From IMG/VR virus record IMGVR_UViG_3300032397_000005, positions 41,444-105,443 of that record: a DNA stretch of 64,000 bases. The stretch is one strand, 5' to 3'. How positions within the stretch are numbered: the stretch's first letter is position 1; every line of letters begins with the position of its first letter. The translations under genes were made by a program, and so were the position numbers. The notes below the pieces were generated by a model. That model was not told the DNA's origin and made no database searches. It saw only the letters and a list, made by a program, of their open reading frames with translations. Positions 18,082 to 25,069 of the stretch are shown here, piece after piece. This DNA comes from a virus.

Positions 18082-18369
18082 ATGGCCAGCAAACGGAAGA
18101 AGGCGGCGCCGGAGTACCTCCCGCCGGCGGAGCGGATCCTGGCGGCGAAGTTCCTGGCGACCTCGAACCTGGGGCAGCCGGAGCCGCGGAGCGCGGACCC
18201 GTTGGCGAGCAGCTGGTGGACGGGCGCCCGTCCACGGTCCGTGGGCGGAGATGTGCGTCTCCTGCCACGCGCGCGTTGGGCTCGGTTTTGGGCTCGGGCG
18301 GGGTCAACTCTACCAGTTGGCTCCGGACGGAACCTGGGTGAAGGTGCGGCGAACGTGAGGGATCCCTAG
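18082..18369 (+). pseudogene. chimeric/frameshifted remnant: 5' paralog of 19447 fused to a zinc-finger gene fragment
   Basis: N-terminus matches 19447-19728 up to ADP; other frames then give GEQLVDGR / VHGPWAEMCVSCHARVGLGFGLGRGQLYQ. Confidence 0.55.
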
Positions 18370-18385
18370 GTGTTGGGAGGGCGCG

Positions 18386-18493
18386 AATAAAAAGCGCATG
18401 AGCTTATCTTTTTCCCCTGGACATATTGTTTCTATCTGGTAAGATGATAATATGAGAACCGAGAGAGAAACCCAGACCAAGGAGACGAAGATG
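18386..18493 (+). promoter_or_regulatory. cassette promoter-leader repeat 6 (subtype B)
   Basis: TGGACA(18418)-N16-TAAGAT(18440), GATAAT, ATG 18452, second SD-led ATG 18491. Confidence 0.88.
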
Positions 18494-18859
18494 AACTCCC
18501 AGACCGTGACCTTCCCCGTCCGTTCCATCCCACTGACCATCAGCGCCAGCGCGGCGGCGGCGCTCCTGAACGTCTCCACGGACTTCGAGCTGGTGGTGAG
18601 GTTCCTGGGCTACGGCTCGGACTACTCCCGCCTGATGACGGGTGCCGAGAAGGACGTCGTTCGCTACCTGGCGGACGGCTTCGGGACCCTCACCGCGGCG
18701 GACGCGGTGGAGACGGACGAGCACCAGGACCTCCTCCGCGACTGGAGCCACGTCCGCGACTCCTCGCCGGAGGCGGTGGCGAACATGGCGGCGGCCATCC
18801 GCGCCTTCTTCGCGGCGCACACGGTCCAGGATGAGGAGACCTTCCTGAGCGGTTACTAG
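18452..18859 (+). CDS. hypothetical protein
   Basis: First gene of cassette 6. Confidence 0.75.
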   Translation: MRTERETQTKETKMNSQTVTFPVRSIPLTISASAAAALLNVSTDFELVVRFLGYGSDYSRLMTGAEKDVVRYLADGFGTLTAADAVETDEHQDLLRDWSHVRDSSPEAVANMAAAIRAFFAAHTVQDEETFLSGY

Positions 18860-18866
18860 AGACGTC

Positions 18867-18895
18867 GACCCTGGGGGAGCTCCTCCCGGGGTCTT
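18867..18895 (+). terminator. GC-rich hairpin after gene (possible terminator or stabiliser)
   Basis: GACCCTGGGGG...CTCCCGGGGTC stem; weak U-tract. Confidence 0.4.
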
Positions 18896-18910
18896 GGGAG
18901 GAGGTGCGCG

Positions 18911-19129
18911 ATGCTGATTGAGGCGACGGATCCGCGGGAGGCGGCGCTGGGGATCCTCCGTCGGGACTTGACGGGGGACGCGCGGGGGGCGCTGGCGTAC
19001 CTCCTGAACAACGCCCTCTGCCCGCTGGTCTGCGATCTCTCGTTCGACGACGCGGCGCTCAACCTGGGGTACGTCCGGGACGCGGTCATGCAGCTCCGGG
19101 CGATGGTTCTGGAGATCGTTTCTGGGTGA
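18911..19129 (+). CDS. hypothetical protein
   Basis: RBS GGAGGAGGT. Confidence 0.7.
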   Translation: MLIEATDPREAALGILRRDLTGDARGALAYLLNNALCPLVCDLSFDDAALNLGYVRDAVMQLRAMVLEIVSG

Positions 19130-19199
19130 TAAAAACGCCTCCCCCCACTTTTCCCCTGGACATATTGTTTTTATCTGGTAAGATGATAATATGAGAACA
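19127..19199 (+). promoter_or_regulatory. cassette promoter repeat 7 (subtype B)
   Basis: TGGACA(19157)-N16-TAAGAT(19179), ATG 19191. Confidence 0.88.
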
Positions 19200-19457
19200 A
19201 AGAAAGCAACCAAGAAGCTCCTCAGGATTCGGATGGGTCAGGCGTTCCGCGGGTTCCTGCTGGGCGTTTGCCAGGAACTCCGGCTCGAGGTGGAGTCCAC
19301 GGGGTACGCGGAGGGGTCGACGGCGTGGCAGGTCTACGTGCGGACGGAGATCCCGGCGGACGTGATTCAGGAGACGATCTGGGCGCGCAACGGCGGCGGG
19401 TGGTGCGAGGTCAATGAGATCAACGGTCAGGACAACGGAGGGAGAGATGTCAAGTAA
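19191..19457 (+). CDS. hypothetical protein, paralog of 16557-16829
   Basis: GYAEGSTAWQVY...QETIWARNGGGWCEV. Confidence 0.8.
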   Translation: MRTKKATKKLLRIRMGQAFRGFLLGVCQELRLEVESTGYAEGSTAWQVYVRTEIPADVIQETIWARNGGGWCEVNEINGQDNGGRDVK

Positions 19458-19728
19458 GAAGAGAGCGAAGCAGCCGGTCTTTATCCCGGAGGCGGAGCGG
19501 GACCTGGCGGCAAAGTGGTTGGCCACCTCGAACCTGGGGCAGCCGGAGGCAGAGACGGCGGACCCAGAGGCAATTTTGCGCGCATGGGAGGCGTGCGTCC
19601 GGGCGCACGGGGACGAGGGGATCGACGTGATGCCGGAGTTCAGGGGTTGGAAGCGGGACATTGCGGCGGGTGACGCCTTCTGCGCGGAGGAGTGGGGGAA
19701 GTTCAAGGCTCAGAAGGAGGTGCGTTGA
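19447..19728 (+). CDS. hypothetical protein, paralog of the 18082 N-terminus
   Basis: AERDLAAKWLATSNLGQPE. Confidence 0.75.
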   Translation: MSSKKRAKQPVFIPEAERDLAAKWLATSNLGQPEAETADPEAILRAWEACVRAHGDEGIDVMPEFRGWKRDIAAGDAFCAEEWGKFKAQKEVR

Positions 19729-19945
19729 TGGATCACGCGGCGGTTGTGAGGGCGGCGATGATGTGGTGCGCGGAGCTCCTTGAGGCGGCGCTCGAGGGCC
19801 TGGTGACCCGGAGGCGAGGGAGGTCTTTCTGGCGGACGCTACGGGTCTGCGGGACCGCCAGGAGGTGGTCTTTGTGACGTACCTCATTCGGCACCAGATC
19901 TGCGAGCTCCGTGCCCGGGCGGATGTGATGGGGAAGAAGGTTTGA
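19728..19945 (+). pseudogene. small gene apparently frameshifted near 19800
   Basis: MDHAAVV...LEG continues most naturally in another frame as GDPEAREVFLADATGLRDRQEVVFVTYLIRHQICELRARADVMGKKV*. Confidence 0.45.
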
Positions 19946-19963
19946 CGGGTACCTCCTGATACG

Positions 19964-20057
19964 TGAAGAAAACGTCACCTCCCCTCATTTTTCCTCTGGA
20001 CAAATTGTTTCTATCTGGTAAGATGATAATATGAGAACCACGAAGGAGACGCAGATG
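19964..20057 (+). promoter_or_regulatory. cassette promoter-leader repeat 8 (subtype B)
   Basis: TGGACA(19997)-N16-TAAGAT(20019), ATG 20031, leader MRTTKETQ-M. Confidence 0.88.
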
Positions 20058-20249
20058 ACGAAGACGATGAAGGCGGTTCGGAAGTTCACGGCGGGCCTGG
20101 CGGTTGGGCGCTCTGACCTCAACCGGAACGGTTACGCCTGGATGGCGCGGAACGTGGCGACGCTCATCCGCCTCACCAAGGACGAGCCCAACTGGCTCCG
20201 CGGTTACCGCGCGGCGCTCGAGGACGCGCAGGACGGGGAGGTGCTTTGA
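20031..20249 (+). CDS. hypothetical protein
   Basis: First gene of cassette 8. Confidence 0.75.
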   Translation: MRTTKETQMTKTMKAVRKFTAGLAVGRSDLNRNGYAWMARNVATLIRLTKDEPNWLRGYRAALEDAQDGEVL

Positions 20250-20467
20250 TGCGGAAGAAGGGCGTGCGTGGCAGCGTGGTCTCCGCGCTGCGGCTCCTGC
20301 GGGACGCGCGGCTCCTCCTCCGCGGGGAGGTGGAGGCGGGTGAGTGGGGGGACGCGGACGCAATCGAGCTCTCCCAGCGCCTCGCGGAGGTGACCGCGGA
20401 GACGCTCACGCTGCGGCGGGAGCTGGCGTCCTGGTTCCTATTTGTCCGTCCGGCGGACATTGACTGA
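20249..20467 (+). CDS. hypothetical protein
   Basis: TGATG coupling; RBS GGAGGT. Confidence 0.65.
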   Translation: MRKKGVRGSVVSALRLLRDARLLLRGEVEAGEWGDADAIELSQRLAEVTAETLTLRRELASWFLFVRPADID

Positions 20468-20510
20468 TGCGCCTATATGTAGGCGCCTGACACTTTGGAG
20501 GAGGTGAAGG

Positions 20511-20765
20511 ATGAGTGAAGTCATGTTTAAACGCGGGGACCCGGTGGAGGTCATGATCGGCGGCGCGTGGAGGGCGGGTCGAGTTGCTTACGCGAGGATG
20601 CTTGGTCCGGAGTACAGGAGGGTCGCCGCCTACTCCGTCGTGCTGCATGATCTCGAGCTGAAGCCGGGTTATATGGGGACAAACATCGTGTCCGTGTGCT
20701 GCTCAGGCGTGATGGTGTCCGTGGAGTTCGTTCGCGCGGTGACGATTGACGGAGGGTTGAAATGA
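20511..20765 (+). CDS. hypothetical protein (SH3/Tudor-like pattern)
   Basis: FKRGDPVEVMIGGAWRAGRV; strong RBS. Confidence 0.65.
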   Translation: MSEVMFKRGDPVEVMIGGAWRAGRVAYARMLGPEYRRVAAYSVVLHDLELKPGYMGTNIVSVCCSGVMVSVEFVRAVTIDGGLK

Positions 20766-21754
20766 GAAGAATGGTGCTTGCGCTGCTCCTCCTCCCCTCA
20801 CTGAACGCGGTGGGGGATCCGCTGGTTCTTCCGCGGGACTTCCGGGTACGCTGCTTCCCGAGGAACCTGAGGTTCAAGCCGGATTGCCTGGTGCCATGCG
20901 AGCGTGCAGGGCGGGAGGGACGGGCACTGGACGAGGTCCTCCCCCTGGATGCCCTCCTGACCGCGGGAACCGGGTCCCACGCCACGGAGACCTTCGCGGC
21001 GGTGTGTTCATCTAGGTGGCAGGAGCTCATCCCTCAGGAGGCGCTGGCGCGTCTGAGTCGATGCAACCCGCGGCGGGACGTGATCCAGTACGCCCTCGAG
21101 CTCCGCCTGACGCACCTCCGGAAGACGCGGGGTAAGGTCCCAAACTACGTCGCCCCGGATCTCGACGGGACGCCACCGGTGGTCAAGGGCTCGATGGCGG
21201 CAAGTAAGCGGGCTTACATCAACAGACACCTCGCGCTCCTGGCCGGGGTCCTAGACTGTCCCCTCATCTCGGACGCGGAGGGCGTGCGGACCGTTGCCCT
21301 GGAGCTCCGGGACCGCGCGAGGGAGAAGTTAGTGGCGATTGAGCGGGAGGCGGCGGAGGAGGTGGAACGCGCGACCAGGCGGGCGGAGTCGATCGCGCGG
21401 ATCCGGGCGGAGCTGGCTCCCCTCCTCCGGGGGGCGGTGGGTTGCCCGCGGTGCTCGGTCGACGCCGTCTGGGAGGCGCATGAGTACGCGGAGGCGATCT
21501 GCGGAGCGATCCAGAGTAGAGCGGAGGCGGTTGCGGAGCTCGCCAGGCTCCGGCGCTACGGCGCTCGCCACGGCGTGGTGGACCTCTCGGACCTCAAGGA
21601 CCAGTCAGACGCCATCCGGGAGGCGGAAGACAGCATCCGCGGGAATCGGAGCGAGTTCCTCAGGGTGACCAAGCGGGTGTTCAGTCCGGGTTGCTGCCGG
21701 AACCTCCCGAATGTTGCGGAGCGGCTCGAGGCGGCGTCCAACAAGGTCAGGTAG
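20762..21754 (+). CDS. hypothetical protein with possible N-terminal signal peptide
   Basis: MRRMVLALLLLPSLNAVG; 330 aa; ATGA coupling. Confidence 0.65.
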   Translation: MRRMVLALLLLPSLNAVGDPLVLPRDFRVRCFPRNLRFKPDCLVPCERAGREGRALDEVLPLDALLTAGTGSHATETFAAVCSSRWQELIPQEALARLSRCNPRRDVIQYALELRLTHLRKTRGKVPNYVAPDLDGTPPVVKGSMAASKRAYINRHLALLAGVLDCPLISDAEGVRTVALELRDRAREKLVAIEREAAEEVERATRRAESIARIRAELAPLLRGAVGCPRCSVDAVWEAHEYAEAICGAIQSRAEAVAELARLRRYGARHGVVDLSDLKDQSDAIREAEDSIRGNRSEFLRVTKRVFSPGCCRNLPNVAERLEAASNKVR

Positions 21755-22502
21755 GCGCGAGCTGCTTGACGCGCGGCGCGCGCGGTTCCGCGGGGATTGG
21801 TTCTTGCTTATATGTAGGCAACTGGAGTGACGCGTCAATCACCTTCCCACCCTCCTCCACCGGTTGCGTGATGCGGCGGAGGACGGCGCCAACCGTTCCC
21901 TGGAGGCGTTTCTGGGGATCCGCTAGGTATGCCTGGAGACCGGTCACCTCCTTTGATAGGTGAACCTGGAGCTCGGAGATGGACATCGAGCGGATGTCCA
22001 CGTGCCCGTGGATCTGGAGCTCCCGGGCGGCGCGCTTGATGACCCCCAGCTCCTGCCCGACCTTGATGATCTGCTCCAGGATGCTGGACCGGGCCTTGAT
22101 CGCGGTGGTGAGTGCGGCAAACTGCTTCGACCCGCGGAAGATCTCCGCCATGTCCTGCAGTTCCTTACAGCAGAGCATCTGCTGCTCCCGGTACTCCGCA
22201 AACAGCAGCGTGGAGTCCGCGGAGTCCCACATGCGCCGGTATTCGTCTCGGCTCGTGCGCTCCACGCTCATCAGGCGCTGCAGGCTCCAGCCGGTTTCCT
22301 GGAGGATCTGGTCACGAGACCACATCAAGGAAATACAGGCTCTGTACTGAGTGATGTCGCGTCTATCTCGGCGGATCTCCTGTGATTCCGTTAGGTCTTG
22401 GATACCAAACTTGGCTAGGTTCCTAGTTCTGGCCTTGGCGCCTGCGCACCCGGACGCGACGTCCGAGAGTTCGAGTTCCTTGGCGTTTGAGTGCTGTGAC
22501 AT
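21747..22502 (-). CDS. putative terminase small subunit
   Basis: Adjacent to terL; HTH-like SRDQILQETGWSLQRL, helical body, C-terminal GHVDIRSMSISEL pattern; strong RBS. Confidence 0.55.
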   Translation of the reverse strand: MSQHSNAKELELSDVASGCAGAKARTRNLAKFGIQDLTESQEIRRDRRDITQYRACISLMWSRDQILQETGWSLQRLMSVERTSRDEYRRMWDSADSTLLFAEYREQQMLCCKELQDMAEIFRGSKQFAALTTAIKARSSILEQIIKVGQELGVIKRAARELQIHGHVDIRSMSISELQVHLSKEVTGLQAYLADPQKRLQGTVGAVLRRITQPVEEGGKVIDASLQLPTYKQEPIPAEPRAPRVKQLAPT

Positions 22503-22520
22503 CCGCTCCCTCCTCCCCCC

Positions 22521-22549
22521 ATCTTAGCAACTGTTCCGGTTGCGGACTA
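22521..22549 (-). promoter_or_regulatory. putative promoter of the minus-strand gene
   Basis: TAGTCC-N17-(TGc)TAAGAT on the minus strand; spacer GCAAC..GTTGC is a dyad. Confidence 0.5.
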
Positions 22550-22609
22550 GGGTTCTCTGCGCTCATCTCACTGGGGACGCTTCAAACTAAGCGATAACTT
22601 TACGGTCAG

Positions 22610-24160
22610 GTGTCAAGATCTCATCATCAGATGTCGGCGGATGATCTCCGGCGGGAACTGGAGACGGTCTACCAATCTAAGGCGCACCTCCAGAGAAAGT
22701 TGATCCTGGAGGAGCGGAGGTTGGACGTCCTGGCGACGGTCCTGGGCTACGTTGTCCTGCCGTTTCACGCGCTCCTCATCGAGGCCAAGCGGCGGATGCC
22801 CGGTCCGTGGCGGTTGTACCTGGCTCCACGGGGGAGCGGGAAGTCTACGATCATCACGGTCGTGGACTCCGTTCTCCAACCCCTCCTCGATCCCAACGTG
22901 CGTATCCTCATCGGATCCCGCGTGAAGGATCAGAGCAAGGACATCCTGGCGGAGATCCAGGGTTGCTTTGCCGTGGACCGCTTCTGCGAGCTGTTCGGGG
23001 ACATTCGCGGTGAGAAGTGGGGGACCGGGGAGGCCACGGTCAAGACTCGAATGCGGCAGTTTAAGGAGCCAACGTGGTTGGCCGCGGGCGCCGACGGACC
23101 CGTCACCTCCAAGCACTTCGACGTCGTGAAGGCGGACGACCTGGTCGACGAGAAGAACAGCCGGACGGACGGGGAGCGGGACCGCATGTACACGTTCTTC
23201 TACAAGACGCTCGTCCCCACGCTGATGATGGTCCGGAAGGACGGGACGCCGGGGGAACTGGATCTCCTGGGGACGCGGTATCACCCCGACGACGTCTACG
23301 CCCGGGCGGAGGAAGTTGACCCCAAATTTCGAGGGAATGTCTGCGAGATCCCGGCGCTGGTGGATCCGGAGACCGGGGAGCGGGCCTCTGACGGCGTGTC
23401 GATCGTTCCGGAGCTTCTCCCAACCGAGGACCTGAAGTGCCTTCGCATCTCGATGGGGTCGGCACACTTCGACTCTCAGTACCAGCAGAGTACCAAGCGG
23501 TTGAAGGGGGACATCTTCCGGGATGACATGTTCTCCTACTATGACGAGTCTCCGGAGGATCTGATCAAGCGGTTGGAGCTCAAGGTCTGGAGCGCGTGTG
23601 ACCTGGCGATTGCGGAGGAGCAGGAGCAGGATGAGTACGCGGACGCCGTTATCGGGGTGGACGATCGGGACGGTGACACAAACCTCAGAATCTACCTGCT
23701 GGACCTCTACCACGGGCGGATCCCCTACTTGCTCCAGATTGGGAGGGCATCCTACATCTTCGATCGGTGGGACCCCATCAGGTTTGGAATCGAGGCCAAC
23801 GCGTTCCAGAAGAGCCGGCTTTACTCCGTGTACCGGGAGCTTGGTTCGGAGATTGGGGATCGGTGCGTGCCGGTTATGACGCTCACGGACAAGGTGACGC
23901 GGGCTTGGAAGTTGGCGGCTCGCTACGAGGCGGGGCGGGTTTTCCACCGCAAGGGATCCTTTCACCTCGAACTCGAGGACCAGCTATGCGGGTTCCCAAG
24001 GGGGAGGTTTGACGACATCTTCGACGCCGTGGATCTTGCCGTGACGCTTGGTTGCGTCACGCGTGCGAGGCGCAGCAGGAAGCGAAAGGTCGGGTTGTTC
24101 GGCGGGCAGAGATCGCGCCGGCAGGCCAATTTAACAATTACGTCAGGAGGAGTCAAGTGA
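22610..24160 (+). CDS. terL: terminase large subunit
   Basis: Walker A APRGSGKST, Walker B VKADDLVD, GTRYHPDD, YQQ, RNase-H-like ACDLA...IEANAFQ...DDIFDA. Confidence 0.95.
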   Translation: MSRSHHQMSADDLRRELETVYQSKAHLQRKLILEERRLDVLATVLGYVVLPFHALLIEAKRRMPGPWRLYLAPRGSGKSTIITVVDSVLQPLLDPNVRILIGSRVKDQSKDILAEIQGCFAVDRFCELFGDIRGEKWGTGEATVKTRMRQFKEPTWLAAGADGPVTSKHFDVVKADDLVDEKNSRTDGERDRMYTFFYKTLVPTLMMVRKDGTPGELDLLGTRYHPDDVYARAEEVDPKFRGNVCEIPALVDPETGERASDGVSIVPELLPTEDLKCLRISMGSAHFDSQYQQSTKRLKGDIFRDDMFSYYDESPEDLIKRLELKVWSACDLAIAEEQEQDEYADAVIGVDDRDGDTNLRIYLLDLYHGRIPYLLQIGRASYIFDRWDPIRFGIEANAFQKSRLYSVYRELGSEIGDRCVPVMTLTDKVTRAWKLAARYEAGRVFHRKGSFHLELEDQLCGFPRGRFDDIFDAVDLAVTLGCVTRARRSRKRKVGLFGGQRSRRQANLTITSGGVK

Positions 24161-24666
24161 ACAACGACCTAGTGGAGCTCAAGAAGGCAATCAAGTCCGG
24201 GGGACGCCTCTCGGATGAGAACGTGCGGAAGCTTGCGCAGCTTCGGCGAAGCGCCAACGCGGACCGTACGTTCGTTCGGGTTGGGAAACTTGCCCTCCAG
24301 GAGGGGGAGGAGCTGATGGAGTTCGTCTGGACAATGATCTCCGCGGTTCAGACGGATCGCATCATCCTGGCGGACGGTTCCCTTGACGCCTGGTTGGAGG
24401 GGATCTTCGATGATCACATCATCGTTCGGGACGGGAACACCGGGCGGTTGTTCCGCGCGGACTTCGCGCGTGGGGCGGACGGTTCCATCGCGTTTGCGGA
24501 GCCGGTGGAGGTGCGCGTCCAGTTTGTCCCCATCTCACAACCGGGAGCTTCGGAGGGTGACGGGACGGTGAAGTCGGTGGAGAAGCGGGCGCCGGATCAG
24601 ATTGTTGAGATCAAGAAGGCGGAGTCGAAGTGGTCCTTCCTACCCGCGTCACTTCGGGGGAGGTGA
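24157..24666 (+). CDS. hypothetical protein (head module)
   Basis: GTG after AGGAGGAG, overlapping the terL stop. Confidence 0.7.
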   Translation: MNNDLVELKKAIKSGGRLSDENVRKLAQLRRSANADRTFVRVGKLALQEGEELMEFVWTMISAVQTDRIILADGSLDAWLEGIFDDHIIVRDGNTGRLFRADFARGADGSIAFAEPVEVRVQFVPISQPGASEGDGTVKSVEKRAPDQIVEIKKAESKWSFLPASLRGR

Positions 24667-24670
24667 CCAA

Positions 24671-25069
24671 ATGGCGGCCGTGACCCCAGTTGGGCGCGTT
24701 CCAAGCGCGCCAAACCTGTCAATCTTCCGTGAGGTGTCCGCAAACGACGCGGCGCTCCCCACCGCGAAGAAGGCGGGTCTGAACTGCTCGGAGTTCGATG
24801 AGATCGTCGTGGTTGCCACCCCGGTGGCGCCGTGCACCGGGGCGAACGTCGAGCCGCACTTCTGGTCCGAGGCGCTGTCCGGGACCCCAAATGGGGGTTT
24901 TGTTCCGGAGGCCACGCCCGTGATCTTCGCGATGGGAACCGGGGGGCGCAAGATCTTCCGCGTGGCGCATGCGGAGTCCGTCTTCTTCGAGGTGACGGCA
25001 ATCGCCGGGGGTGGGGGTTCGGTCCGTCTCGAGGTATATGGCGTCCCAATCTACGGGAAGGTGGGCTAG
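24671..25069 (+). CDS. hypothetical beta-rich virion protein
   Basis: RBS GGAGGT. Confidence 0.7.
   Translation: MAAVTPVGRVPSAPNLSIFREVSANDAALPTAKKAGLNCSEFDEIVVVATPVAPCTGANVEPHFWSEALSGTPNGGFVPEATPVIFAMGTGGRKIFRVAHAESVFFEVTAIAGGGGSVRLEVYGVPIYGKVG

Noticed and set aside
14274-20057. CRISPR array or classical integron
   Set aside because: The intervals are 0.5-1.1 kb of genes, the repeats are promoter-like rather than attC-like, and no tyrosine integrase is present in the window.
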